DNA of 32,720 bases from an uncultured Thiotrichaceae bacterium. Its GTDB lineage: Bacteria > Pseudomonadota > Gammaproteobacteria > SZUA-229. Positions within the stretch are counted from its first letter, which is position 1, and each line of letters starts with the position of its first letter. The notes below the pieces were generated by a model. The model made no database searches. It saw only the letters and a program-made list of their open reading frames with translations, and was not told the origin of the DNA. Positions 7,284-17,000 of this stretch are shown here, piece after piece. Where the stretch lies: NCBI GenBank assembly GCA_964646145.1, contig CAZYCY010000002.1, positions 1 to 32,720 on the forward strand, in the 5' to 3' direction. Position numbers and translations under genes: made by a program.

Positions 7284-9263
7284 CTATGCCGTATTATCAG
7301 CGACAGCAATGCTTTCACCTGCCACTTGCCGTCTTCTGCGTGCTACTTTTGATGTAACGGTTTGCCGGTAGCGACGATCACTTATTGCGAGGAATCCGCC
7401 AACAGCCATAAAGACAGTACCTGCCCATATCCAGCGTATAAACGGCTTGAAGTAAACACGGACACTCCAGGCACCATCTCCAAGATCTTCGCCCAATGCC
7501 GCATATAGATCACGGAATATGGTTACATCAATGGATGCTTCTGTCATCGGATTATTGTAATCGCTATAAACCCTTCTCTGCGGAACCAGATCGTCTCCTC
7601 TTACCCCTTCAAACCAGGTTTCTATCAGCGCTTCATCTGCTATGAAATTTGGCCCTTGTACCTTTCTTACTCCAATAAAGTGATACTCATAACCCGCAAT
7701 ATGATAAACCCCACCTGGCACCATGCGTATGTCTCTTTCTACATGGTATGCCATTGTAATGGTTACTCCGATTACAAATATACCCATACCCAGATGCCCT
7801 AATACCATACCAAGATAGGAGCGGCGCAATGTTATGCCTCGTGTTATACGGGAAACAAACTCCTTAAGTGTGGTGGAGATAACCCAGATTGCTCCAGCCA
7901 AAGCCAGACCAACGGCTATGTTTAATTCTTGCTCAACTAAAAACGGAATTAACATGCCCAATACCAGTGAGCTGATAAAGAAGAATGACATTATCTTGAT
8001 GTTTCGCTTCCAGCTATCGACTTTCCAGCGTACTGTAGGCCCAATTCCGAGCAATAATAAAAGTGGAATCGCTATCATTGAAAACATGACATCAAAATAA
8101 GGTCGCCCCACTGAAATTTTACCACCACCAAAGGCATCAACCACGAGCGGATACATGGTACCAATAAAAACCGCCATAGCCGCTGTCAGAAAAATAATAT
8201 TATTTAACAGCAGTGCAGATTCACGCGAATACCACTTGAATCGTCCAGTACTGACAATGGTTGGTGCACGCCAGGCGTACAGGGCAAGTGAGGCACCCAC
8301 CACAACCGCTAAAAACGATAGAATATAAACGCCACGCTGAGGGTCAACAGCAAAAGAATGCACCGAAGTTAACACACCAGAGCGTACGATAAAGGCGCCC
8401 AACAGACTTAATGAGAAGGTCATTATCGCCAGTAACACTGTCCAGCTTTTAAAAACACCCCGTTTTTCTGTGCTCGCCAGCGAATGAATTAATGCAGTGC
8501 CCACTAGCCACGGCATAAACGAGGCATTTTCTACCGGATCCCAGAACCACCATCCGCCCCAGCCCAGTTCAATATAAGCCCACCAGCTACCCAGGGCAAT
8601 GCCCAACGTTAAAAAACTCCAGGCGGCAGTTGTCCACGGGCGCGAGTAGCGCGCCCAGGTGGCATCTAGTCTGCCAGAAATTAATGCGGCAACCGCAAAA
8701 GAAAAGGCAACCGCAAACCCGACATAACCGATATACAACAAAGGAGGGTGCAATATCATGCCGAAGTCCTGTAACAGCGGGTTTAATTCACTGCCATCAA
8801 GAGGTGCCGGGAAAATACGTAAAAAAGGATTTGAAGTAAACAACATAAACGAGATAAAGCCAGCACCAATCAGACCCATCACTGCAAGCACACGCGCCAC
8901 CATCATCTGTGGCAGGTGAAAACTAAACGCCGCCAGCGCAACTGTCCACATAGAATGGGTTAGTGCCCATAACAATAAGGAGCCTTCATGCGAACCCCAG
9001 ACTGCAGTAATACGATATTGCAATGGTTGCACAAGATTAGAATGTTGCGATACATTTAACACCGAAAAATCATGCACAATGAAGGCATGTGTTAAGGCCG
9101 CGTAAGCTAAGCCGACAAAGAAAAACTGGGTAAGCGCAGCAGGTCTTGCTATCGCCACCATGGTCTGGTTATTTGTTGCCGCACCAATTAATAATACCAC
9201 CCCCTGCACAACAGAAATTATAAGGGCTATTACTAAGGCGAAATGTCCGAGTTCAGGAATCAT
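7284..9263 (-). CDS. ccmF: Cytochrome c heme lyase subunit CcmF (659 aa)
   Basis: Collinear with E. coli CcmF as I remember it, including WGSHEGSLLLW, the WWD motif GWGGWWFWDPVENASFMPW and RDLYAALGE. Confidence 0.95.
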   Translation of the reverse strand: MIPELGHFALVIALIISVVQGVVLLIGAATNNQTMVAIARPAALTQFFFVGLAYAALTHAFIVHDFSVLNVSQHSNLVQPLQYRITAVWGSHEGSLLLWALTHSMWTVALAAFSFHLPQMMVARVLAVMGLIGAGFISFMLFTSNPFLRIFPAPLDGSELNPLLQDFGMILHPPLLYIGYVGFAVAFSFAVAALISGRLDATWARYSRPWTTAAWSFLTLGIALGSWWAYIELGWGGWWFWDPVENASFMPWLVGTALIHSLASTEKRGVFKSWTVLLAIMTFSLSLLGAFIVRSGVLTSVHSFAVDPQRGVYILSFLAVVVGASLALYAWRAPTIVSTGRFKWYSRESALLLNNIIFLTAAMAVFIGTMYPLVVDAFGGGKISVGRPYFDVMFSMIAIPLLLLLGIGPTVRWKVDSWKRNIKIMSFFFISSLVLGMLIPFLVEQELNIAVGLALAGAIWVISTTLKEFVSRITRGITLRRSYLGMVLGHLGMGIFVIGVTITMAYHVERDIRMVPGGVYHIAGYEYHFIGVRKVQGPNFIADEALIETWFEGVRGDDLVPQRRVYSDYNNPMTEASIDVTIFRDLYAALGEDLGDGAWSVRVYFKPFIRWIWAGTVFMAVGGFLAISDRRYRQTVTSKVARRRRQVAGESIAVADNTA

Positions 9264-9330
9264 AGGCTGAATTACTTTTTAGAGTGGATGAGGGTAATTA
9301 TTACTACTTAAATTACTTGGGCTTAATTAC

Positions 9331-9777
9331 TTACATTTTTCCGGCATAGTCATATTCTCCGGCTGCTTTCAGAGCAGCAGCCACTTCCGGCGGCATATAA
9401 TTTTCATCATGTTTTGCCAGTACTTTATCAGCGACAAATTGACCGCCTGCTGCAAAACTACCTATCGCAATAATGCCCTCACCTTCAGTAAAAAGATCTG
9501 GCAAAATACCAGTGAATTCAATAGGCATACTGTGCGCCTTGTCGGTAACATAAAACTGCATGGTTAAACTCTCTGACTGACGACTTATACTGCCTGGCAC
9601 AACCACCCCGCCAACCCGAAAAGTGCGTTCCAGCGGCGCTTCACCCGCATTTACCTGTGTCGGGCTGAAAAAAAACAGCATGTTTTCTTCAAGTGCGGTT
9701 AAAGCTAACACGGTAGCGGTGCTAACCCCAAAAACAAGTGCTAAAACCAAAACTTTTCGACGGCTTCTTTTATTCAT
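9331..9777 (-). CDS. ccmE: Heme chaperone CcmE (148 aa)
   Basis: N-terminal anchor, FRVGGVV, and the heme-binding region LAKHDENYMPPEV. Confidence 0.9.
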   Translation of the reverse strand: MNKRSRRKVLVLALVFGVSTATVLALTALEENMLFFFSPTQVNAGEAPLERTFRVGGVVVPGSISRQSESLTMQFYVTDKAHSMPIEFTGILPDLFTEGEGIIAIGSFAAGGQFVADKVLAKHDENYMPPEVAAALKAAGEYDYAGKM

Positions 9778-9826
9778 AATCTTTCTACTCTCAGGGAGTT
9801 TCTACTTAAAATTAAATCTGACGTTT

Positions 9827-9850
9827 CTCTAACTCTAACTCTAACTCTAA
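9827..9850. repeat. Perfect hexanucleotide microsatellite (CTCTAA)x4
   Basis: The repeat reads directly as four units at 9827-9850. On the minus strand it is (TTAGAG)x4, and its first unit supplies the ccmD TAG stop. Confidence 0.9.
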
Positions 9851-10035
9851 TTCTGACCATTTTGAGCCAGTTCAATATTCTCCCTTTTAATCGTGCGTTT
9901 AATACGCTTTATAACTTTTTTACGTTGCAATATTGGCGCTATAATGTTACCAAGCACAACCATAAGTGCTACCGCGTAAGAGCTCCACACAAAAAACGCA
10001 TAACCACCCATATTAAAAAATTCAGACCAATTCAT
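9847..10035 (-). CDS. ccmD: Heme exporter protein CcmD (62 aa)
   Basis: Small single-TM protein (MGGYAFFVWSSYAVALMVVLGNII) located between ccmC and ccmE. Confidence 0.8.
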   Translation of the reverse strand: MNWSEFFNMGGYAFFVWSSYAVALMVVLGNIIAPILQRKKVIKRIKRTIKRENIELAQNGQN

Positions 10036-10062
10036 CAGCTATCACTTCTCACTATTAATATT

Positions 10063-10800
10063 TCATAGTTTTTCAACCAGTTCTCTAACCCAACGGCGGT
10101 TTCGGTCACGATATAAACTCTCATTGCGCGTTCTCACCAACACCATGGTGACATAAAACAATTTGAATGCCACGGCCATCAATAACAACGGTATCAGCAT
10201 ATCAATATATATGGATGGGGCATCAAATTTTGCCACCGTTGCGGGCTGATGCAGGGTGTTCCACCATTCAACAGAAAAATGAATGATAGGAATATTAACA
10301 ATACCAACGATGGCCAGCAGCCCGCTTGCTTTGTCTGCACTGCGCTGCTCATCAATCGCTGATTGCAGCGCCATATAACCCAGATATAAAAACAGCAAGA
10401 TCAGCATTGAGGTTAATCGTGCGTCCCATATCCAGTAAGTACCCCACATCGGCTTGCCCCATAATGAGCCTGTTACTAAAGCAAGGAAGGTAAAGGACGC
10501 GCCAATGGGTGCACTGGCTGCAGCCACCATATCCGCCAGGCGAATTCGCCAGATTATGCCTATGGCAGAAGAGACAGCCATCACCACATAAATAAACATT
10601 GCCAGCCATGCAGCGGGTACATGAATAAAGATAATGCGATAACTTTCACCCTGCTTATAATCCGTTGGCGCCACAAACAGACCCAGGTATAAACCATACA
10701 AACCTATAAACAGGGTGCTGATAGCCAGCCATTTTATTAAAGGCACAGACATGCTGTAAAAATGTTTTGGTGATGAAAAACGTTGTATCCAATTCCACAT
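10063..10800 (-). CDS. ccmC: Heme exporter protein CcmC (245 aa)
   Basis: YRIIFIHVPAAW, the WWD motif WGKPMWGTYWIWDARLTS, and HFSVEWWNTLHQ. Confidence 0.95.
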   Translation of the reverse strand: MWNWIQRFSSPKHFYSMSVPLIKWLAISTLFIGLYGLYLGLFVAPTDYKQGESYRIIFIHVPAAWLAMFIYVVMAVSSAIGIIWRIRLADMVAAASAPIGASFTFLALVTGSLWGKPMWGTYWIWDARLTSMLILLFLYLGYMALQSAIDEQRSADKASGLLAIVGIVNIPIIHFSVEWWNTLHQPATVAKFDAPSIYIDMLIPLLLMAVAFKLFYVTMVLVRTRNESLYRDRNRRWVRELVEKL

Positions 10801-10958
10801 ATAATTATTAATTTCGAGCTATTAATCAAAGAATAGTTAGTTAAAAATTACCAATAAAACACAAATTGTAAATTACAAATTGGCAACATGCCCCCGCCGT
10901 AATTAATAACCCCATCCTTTGGTTCGTTAACGCTACATCCTTACAGCACTACTCGTAA

Positions 10959-11630
10959 CTATCTGGTTGCCGTTATGCGCAACGCCACCGAACTTGCCAA
11001 CGGTGCTAGCGACAATGCTAATGCTAACATGGCACCTAAAATGAGTAGTTGACCTGTGACAAGTAAACCACTGCCTGCCACATCGACCGCATTTGCACCA
11101 AAAATCAAGACCGGAATATATAATGGCAGGATTATTAGAGACAGCAGAACGCCGCCCTGGTTCACTGCCACCGTCAAAGATACACCAATGGCACCCACCA
11201 GGCTTAGCACTGGCGTACCCAATAGCAGGCTATATATCAGCACTTCAACTGCCGGTGCTGGCAATGACATAAACAATCCCAGTAACGGCGCAATAATTAC
11301 CAGCGGCAAACCAGTCAATAGCCAGTGCGCCAGTACCTTCGCCAGTACCAGAATCACCAGGGGGTTCGAACTCAGCATCAATTGATCTAATGAGCCATCT
11401 TCATAATCCTGCCTGAATATACGATCCAGTGACAACAACACTGCCAGCAATGCTGACACCCATATCACGCCGGGCGCCATTGTTTGCAGAGCCTGTGGCG
11501 TTGGCATCACTGCCAACGGAAATAAGGTCACGACTAAAACAAAAAATATCAACGGATTAGCCAGCTCATGGCGATTGCGCAAGGCAAGGCGTAAGTCACG
11601 AATTAATAAATGATAAAAGGCTTTTAACAT
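10959..11630 (-). CDS. ccmB: Heme exporter permease CcmB (223 aa after trimming)
   Basis: The track ORF runs to 11735 and overlaps ccmA. The ATG at 11630 (MLKAFYHLLIRDLRLALRNR...) sits 4 nt after the ccmA stop and gives the usual CcmB length and start. Confidence 0.85.
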   Translation of the reverse strand: MLKAFYHLLIRDLRLALRNRHELANPLIFFVLVVTLFPLAVMPTPQALQTMAPGVIWVSALLAVLLSLDRIFRQDYEDGSLDQLMLSSNPLVILVLAKVLAHWLLTGLPLVIIAPLLGLFMSLPAPAVEVLIYSLLLGTPVLSLVGAIGVSLTVAVNQGGVLLSLIILPLYIPVLIFGANAVDVAGSGLLVTGQLLILGAMLALALSLAPLASSVALRITATR

Positions 11631-11634
11631 GTGC

Positions 11635-12279
11635 TTATGATTCCTTTGGTTGTCGACCGTGCATCTCGCCACCAAGCTGAATTGAAGACATATCACAATC
11701 CAGTTGCATACCATGATGTGTGGTAAAAACCACACTGCCGCCAGCTGCCCGGTGTGCTATTATCATTGATTCCATTAAAGCGACGCCCTGAACATCAAGC
11801 GCTGTTAATGGCTCATCCAGTATCCATAGCTTTGCCTGAGACAGGTCTACAAAAGCCAGTAAAATTCGGCGGCGCTGACCGGAAGACAGGGCTTTGCCTG
11901 GTACGTCTTCATAAGTTGCCAGCCCGACTTTTGCCAAAGCCGCCTCTATTACCGCATCTGACACCGACAGCGAGCGTGTATCCAGCAGTGCGCGCACATT
12001 TTCCGATACCGTCAGCTCGGCTTTGATGCACGGCAGATGACCGATATAAACCATACTGGCATAATAGTCTTCACGACTAGCCTGAATTTTTTCGCTATGC
12101 CACAACACCTGACCAGCTTCAGCAAAGCGTAAACCACAGATTATTCGTAACAGACTGGTTTTGCCGCAACCATTTGCGCCTTCAATTTGCAACACTTCAG
12201 ATTCAGCCACCGAAAAGCTCAAGCCGCTGAATAACAGACGGTCATCTCGTACACATTCTAATGATTGAGCTTCAAGCAT
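11635..12279 (-). CDS. ccmA: Heme exporter ATP-binding protein CcmA (214 aa)
   Basis: Walker A GANGCGKTS, ABC signature LSSGQRRR, and Walker B LWILDEP. It is the first gene of the ccm operon. Confidence 0.9.
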   Translation of the reverse strand: MLEAQSLECVRDDRLLFSGLSFSVAESEVLQIEGANGCGKTSLLRIICGLRFAEAGQVLWHSEKIQASREDYYASMVYIGHLPCIKAELTVSENVRALLDTRSLSVSDAVIEAALAKVGLATYEDVPGKALSSGQRRRILLAFVDLSQAKLWILDEPLTALDVQGVALMESMIIAHRAAGGSVVFTTHHGMQLDCDMSSIQLGGEMHGRQPKES

Positions 12280-12381
12280 AAAAGAAACCAGAACAACGGG
12301 GAAACGCTATTTTCAGGCAGTATTTTTTTGCCACCAAATGACTAACAGCTCTGACACTGTTCATCAGCCTGAAAACATGCA

Positions 12382-12412
12382 TAAAAAAAGGATAGCACCT
12401 GCTATCCTTTTC
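12382..12412 (-). terminator. Rho-independent terminator downstream of cytochrome c4
   Basis: 8-bp stem AGGATAGC/GCTATCCT (12389-12396 and 12401-12408) with a 4-nt loop. On the minus strand it is followed by a run of 6-7 T (the A-run at 12383-12389). Confidence 0.75.
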
Positions 12413-12464
12413 TATGCGGTAAGTTCGTGTCATGCCAGACAATGGGCGCGGAACGGTCAAAGAA

Positions 12465-13076
12465 TTATCTAACAAGACTAGCAATATAGTGTGAAACCGC
12501 TTCCATCTCTTCTTCGGACATTTTTACGACAATTGAACGCATTAGCGCATTTTCATCGTTGCTGCGAGAGCCGTCTTTAAACGCTTTTAACTGAGCCAGC
12601 GTGTATTCAACAAATTGACCACCGACCTGCGGATAGCCAATACCCGCGACACCATCACCCATTGGACCATGGCATGACTGACAGGAGGGAATACCTTTCA
12701 CCATATCACCGCCTTTATAAAGCGAACGACCTGCAGCGGCTTTCTCTTCATCAAAAGGCGCTGCCTGACTTACTGTCTGCGCCTGATAAAAAGCACCGAT
12801 ATCGGCAGCATCTTCATCCGATAAGCCGGCAACCATACCCAGCATAATTGCATTTTGACGCGTTGTGTTGGCTTTATAATCTTTAATCTGCTTTACGATA
12901 TAAGCCTGATTTTGACCGGCAAGCTTAGGATTCACAAACATCAGACTGTTTCCGTCAACACCATGACAACCGGCACATAGAGCTGACTTAGCTTGACCCG
13001 CTGCCACATCACCAGCAAAAGCCGCACCAGAGCTTACAAAAAACAGCGCAATGCCAGCTAAAATTGTTTTTTTCAT
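12465..13076 (-). CDS. Diheme cytochrome c4 (203 aa)
   Basis: Two heme sites, CAGCHG and CQSCHG, each followed about 50 aa later by a Met-containing segment. Signal peptide MKKTILAGIALFFVSSGAAFA. The ATG at 13076 has GGAG 8 nt upstream, whereas the track start at 13094 is a GTG. Confidence 0.85.
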   Translation of the reverse strand: MKKTILAGIALFFVSSGAAFAGDVAAGQAKSALCAGCHGVDGNSLMFVNPKLAGQNQAYIVKQIKDYKANTTRQNAIMLGMVAGLSDEDAADIGAFYQAQTVSQAAPFDEEKAAAGRSLYKGGDMVKGIPSCQSCHGPMGDGVAGIGYPQVGGQFVEYTLAQLKAFKDGSRSNDENALMRSIVVKMSEEEMEAVSHYIASLVR

Positions 13077-13391
13077 TGCTTGAACTCCAAACACATTAAG
13101 CCCGAAACGGACAAAAAAGTGGCGAAATTTTACACTACTAATTACATTTTTTCAATATCTAGACTCTCTTTATTACGAAATTCAAACAACAGCTTTGTCT
13201 TGGTTCGTATCTTCTGACTGCTGATTTTCAATATCTTCCAAAGGACAGCCTGGATGCGCCATGTGCAGACATCTCTTTCTGACTGACCTTTTTTAGCTGC
13301 CATGGATTACCACTTGTTTTTCATCCCTGGAAGTTACTAAGGACTCAGGGGAAGCCTGCAAAGATAACAATAACCAACAAACAGGGGTAAA

Positions 13392-14024
13392 ATGCTGCCC
13401 ATGAGCAGATCAATAAATAAACCCGACACTGATAATCGTTTCTATCGCCAGGCACGTTTTCTTATTAGTGCCGGCAACGCCAAACAGTTTCCACATGGCG
13501 GCAATGAAGTCGCCTTTGCTGGTCGCTCCAATGCCGGGAAATCCAGTGCTATTAATACTTTATGTGATAACAAAGGTCTGGCACGCACCAGTAAAACGCC
13601 GGGGCGCACCCGTCTGGTAAACTTTTTTGAGCTTGATGAACAACGTCGGCTGGTTGATTTACCCGGTTACGGCTTTGCCAAAGTTCCACTGACAATAAAA
13701 AATGAGTGGCAAAAACTAATGACTCAATATTTAAGTGAACAACGCTGCCTTAATGGTCTGGTTGTTATCATGGATATTCGCCACCCGTTAAATGACTATG
13801 ACTGGCAAATGCTGGAATGGTGCGATCATTTTCAGCTTCCTGCACACGTCCTGTTAACCAAAGCAGACAAAATCAAGCGTGGCGCACAGCAAAACAGCAA
13901 GCTACAGACACAAAAACAGCTTAAAGATGCCGACGTCAACGCCAGTGTGCAAACCTTTTCCTCACTTAAAAAAACCGGACTGGAAGAGCTGGTGCTTACG
14001 CTCAACAACTGGCTGGAACGGTAA
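13392..14024 (+). CDS. engB: Ribosome biogenesis GTP-binding protein EngB/YihA (210 aa)
   Basis: G1 GRSNAGKSS, TSKTPGRT, DLPGYG and TKADK motifs. It is divergent from cytochrome c4 and convergent with polA. Confidence 0.9.
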   Translation: MLPMSRSINKPDTDNRFYRQARFLISAGNAKQFPHGGNEVAFAGRSNAGKSSAINTLCDNKGLARTSKTPGRTRLVNFFELDEQRRLVDLPGYGFAKVPLTIKNEWQKLMTQYLSEQRCLNGLVVIMDIRHPLNDYDWQMLEWCDHFQLPAHVLLTKADKIKRGAQQNSKLQTQKQLKDADVNASVQTFSSLKKTGLEELVLTLNNWLER

Positions 14025-14042
14025 CCAATACATAGCGAACGA

Positions 14043-14085
14043 ATGCTTTGCAGCTTTTCCTCAAAGCCCCCCCCCTGCAAAGCAT
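14043..14085. terminator. Hairpin between the convergent genes engB and polA (possible bidirectional terminator)
   Basis: 11-bp perfect stem ATGCTTTGCAG/CTGCAAAGCAT with a 21-nt loop containing a C-run. No clear U-tract, so its function is uncertain. Confidence 0.35.
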
Positions 14086-14112
14086 AGAACTACCACCTGA
14101 CACAGAGCGTAT

Positions 14113-16824
14113 TTAATGCGCCTCATCCCAGTTATCACCAACACCAATATCCACCACTAACGGTACTTTCAGTGTGGCGGCTTGCTGCATTTCTGTTGTT
14201 AACAGTACTGCCACTGCCTCTGCATCTTTAGTCAATACCTCAACCACCAGCTCATCGTGTACTTGCATCACCACTTTTGCAACTTGCCCGCTTGCTGATA
14301 AAGCGGCATCCACTGCAATCATGGCGCGTTTAATGATGTCTGCTGCGGTGCCCTGCATGGGTGCATTGATCGCCGCGCGCTCGGCATATTGTCGGCGCTG
14401 ACCATTGCGTGAATTTATTTCTGGCAAGTACAGACGACGACCGAATACGGTTTCAACAAAACCGCGTTCATGCGCCTGTTCGCGGGTTTTGTCCATATAG
14501 GCTTTCACCCCAGGGTAACGCGCAAAATAGGTATTAATGTAATCCTGCGCCTCGAAACGACCGATATTTAACTGTTTTGCCAAACCAAAGGCAGACATGC
14601 CGTAGATCAAGCCAAAATTGATGGCTTTGGCAGCGCGGCGCTGTTCCAACTCGACTGCATCCAGTGCCACGCCAAAAACTTCTGCGGCAGTGGCACGATG
14701 CACGTCAATGCCCTCTGCAAATGCGGCGAGCAGGTTTTCATCTTCTGACAAATGCGCCATGATGCGCAGTTCGACCTGCGAATAATCGGCAGCCAACAAT
14801 TTATAACCTTGTGGTGCAACAAAAGCCTGGCGGATACGCCGCCCCTCTTCACTACGAATGGGAATATTCTGTAAGTTCGGATCGCTGGAGGATAAACGAC
14901 CGGTTGCTGCAACCGTCTGGTTATACGAGGTATGCACCCGACCGGTTTTTTTATTAACTTGCAGCGGTAATTTATCGGTATAGGTGGATTTTAACTTGGC
15001 GACACTGCGATGCTCCAGGATGAGTTTTGGCAATGGATAAGCCACTGCCAGTTCCTGCAATACATCTTCCGCAGTTGAATATTGACCGGTTTTGGTTTTC
15101 TTTAGCGCTGGTATTTTGAGCTTTTCAAATAATATACTGCCCAGTTGTTTTGGCGATGCCAGATTAAAGGTCTCGCCAGCTTCATCATAGGCGCGTTGTT
15201 GCAACGTTTTCATGCGCTCGGTCAGTTGTTTGCTCTGTTTTTCCAACATGGCGACATCAATTTTAACGCCATTGCGTTCAATGTTGAGCAGCACCGTCAG
15301 CAAGGGTAATTCTATATTCTGATAAACCTGTTTAAGTGCGGGTTGTTGCTTGAGTTCAGCACTCAGCCTTTGATGTAATTGCAACGTAATGTCGGCATCT
15401 TCTGCCGCATAAGGACCTGCCTGCTCAAGACTAATTTCATTAAACTTGAGTTGTTTGACACCTTTACCAGCAATGTCTTCAAAGTGAATAGTGCGACGAC
15501 CTAAAAAACGCAATGCCAGCGCATCCATGCCGTGTCGTTGTGTTGAGTCCAGCACATACGACTGCAGCATAGTATCTTGTGCAATGCCTTTCAGCTTGAT
15601 GCCATGATTAGCCAGCACATGCGCATCATATTTCAGGTTCTGTCCGATTTTCTGTTTGTTTTGATCTTCCAGTAATGTCTTCAGACCACCGAGTACATCC
15701 TGTTCGCTGAGCTGCTGCGGGGCATCCAGATAATCGTGAGCGAATGGTACATAGGCGGCCTCTCCCGCCGCAACCGCAAAAGACACGCCCACAATACGAG
15801 CCTGCATGTAATCCAGGCTGGTTGTTTCGGTATCAAAGGCAAACTGCTCGGCAACGTTGAGTTTCTTTAACCAATGCGCAAAAGCCAGTTTGTCCAGCAC
15901 GGTTTCATAGTTGCTTGCAGGTACAGCCGCCTTATTCACCATCACATTGTCATCGAAAGACAATTTATTTGAATATAACTGCGATAACCAGGTGTTAAAT
16001 TCCAGCTCGCTATACAGTTGTTCAAGTTTTTCTACCTGTGGCTCGCGCATGCTCAATTTGGCAATGCTATGCTCAAGTTCAACATCGCACTTTATCGTGG
16101 TCAGCTCTCTGGACAAAGATAACTGCGGCAATGTGTCTCGCAAACTTTCACCTACTTTTCCTTTAATTTCATCGGCATGAGCAAGCAGATTATCCAGTGT
16201 TTCATACTGCTTTAACCACTTTGCTGCGGTTTTCGGCCCCACTTTAGGTACCCCGGGAATATTATCCGAGGCATCGCCCATCAACGCCAGATAATCGATG
16301 ATTGCAGCGGGTGGCACGGCAAACTTTTCCATCACCCCGGCTTCATCCATAATCACATTATTCATGGTGTTGATTAAAGTGACATGGGGGTTGACCAATT
16401 GCGCCAGATCTTTGTCACCGGTTGAAATTAAAGTATCCATTTTTTGATCGGAAGCATGTTTAGCGTAAGTTCCAATCACATCATCGGCTTCTACACCAGG
16501 CACGATAATCACCGGAAAACCTAGCGCCTCAACCAGTTCATACAATGGCGCTATCTGAACCTTTAGATCATCTGGTATCGGTGGGCGGTTAGCCTTGTAA
16601 CCCTTATACATATCGTGTCGAAAAGTTTTGCCTTTAGCATCAAACACCACTGCAATTTTATTGGGTTTATATTCACTCAGCAGTTTATTAAGCATGTTAA
16701 TCACCCCGTATACCGCACCCGTGGGCTGACCCTTGCTATTGGTTAATGGTGGCAGTGCGTGAAAGGCACGAAACAAATAGGAAGAACCGTCAACAAGAAT
16801 GAACGGTGGTTTTTTATCAGTCAT
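14113..16824 (-). CDS. polA: DNA polymerase I (903 aa)
   Basis: Carries the 5'-3' exonuclease N-terminus (LVDGSSYLFRAFHA), the 3'-5' exonuclease (FAFDTETTSLD) and polymerase motifs (LLAADYSQVELRIMAH, QVHDELV). Confidence 0.97.
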   Translation of the reverse strand: MTDKKPPFILVDGSSYLFRAFHALPPLTNSKGQPTGAVYGVINMLNKLLSEYKPNKIAVVFDAKGKTFRHDMYKGYKANRPPIPDDLKVQIAPLYELVEALGFPVIIVPGVEADDVIGTYAKHASDQKMDTLISTGDKDLAQLVNPHVTLINTMNNVIMDEAGVMEKFAVPPAAIIDYLALMGDASDNIPGVPKVGPKTAAKWLKQYETLDNLLAHADEIKGKVGESLRDTLPQLSLSRELTTIKCDVELEHSIAKLSMREPQVEKLEQLYSELEFNTWLSQLYSNKLSFDDNVMVNKAAVPASNYETVLDKLAFAHWLKKLNVAEQFAFDTETTSLDYMQARIVGVSFAVAAGEAAYVPFAHDYLDAPQQLSEQDVLGGLKTLLEDQNKQKIGQNLKYDAHVLANHGIKLKGIAQDTMLQSYVLDSTQRHGMDALALRFLGRRTIHFEDIAGKGVKQLKFNEISLEQAGPYAAEDADITLQLHQRLSAELKQQPALKQVYQNIELPLLTVLLNIERNGVKIDVAMLEKQSKQLTERMKTLQQRAYDEAGETFNLASPKQLGSILFEKLKIPALKKTKTGQYSTAEDVLQELAVAYPLPKLILEHRSVAKLKSTYTDKLPLQVNKKTGRVHTSYNQTVAATGRLSSSDPNLQNIPIRSEEGRRIRQAFVAPQGYKLLAADYSQVELRIMAHLSEDENLLAAFAEGIDVHRATAAEVFGVALDAVELEQRRAAKAINFGLIYGMSAFGLAKQLNIGRFEAQDYINTYFARYPGVKAYMDKTREQAHERGFVETVFGRRLYLPEINSRNGQRRQYAERAAINAPMQGTAADIIKRAMIAVDAALSASGQVAKVVMQVHDELVVEVLTKDAEAVAVLLTTEMQQAATLKVPLVVDIGVGDNWDEAH

Positions 16825-17000
16825 CAGAAAAAAGGCTCTATGTGGGCTCAGGTTTTACTCATTCAAAAATGCTACGACAAGTGCTATTTTTATATTCAAG
16901 ATTCATATTCACAAATTAATAGGGGTAGCCATTAAATAATACGCTAAAATCACCCTCTTTTAAAACTACTCGATCCATTCTTATCCCACCCTGAATTCTT

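Noticed and set aside
9264-9330. Four ATTACT motifs in the ccmE-ccmF spacer
   Set aside because: The hexamers are irregularly spaced in AT-rich sequence and form no palindrome or tandem structure. They are noted only in the context of the ccm spacers.
11361-11375. tRNA T-arm-like GGGGTTCGAACTC
   Set aside because: It is embedded in the ccmB coding region, with no acceptor or anticodon arms around it.
11631-11735. N-terminal 35 aa of track ORF 10959-11735 (ccmB)
   Set aside because: This part overlaps the ccmA 3' end. The internal ATG at 11630 gives the canonical CcmB N-terminus 4 nt after the ccmA stop.
12272-12484. 70-aa minus-strand ORF in the ccmA-cytochrome c4 spacer
   Set aside because: It spans the cytochrome c4 terminator hairpin and the likely ccmA promoter. 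It has no SD and no recognisable family.
13149-13236. 12-bp direct repeat TTTTCAATATCT (13149-13160 and 13225-13236), plus TTCTGACTG twice, in the cytochrome c4/engB divergent promoter region
   Set aside because: These are short AT-rich matches in an AT-rich spacer. I cannot distinguish them from chance without a genome-wide background or conservation data.
16896-16912. TCAAGATTCATATTCAC, matching 20130-20146 at 16/17
   Set aside because: It is an isolated 17-mer with no extended flanking similarity, inverted partner or TSD. It is probably coincidental or a very old relic.
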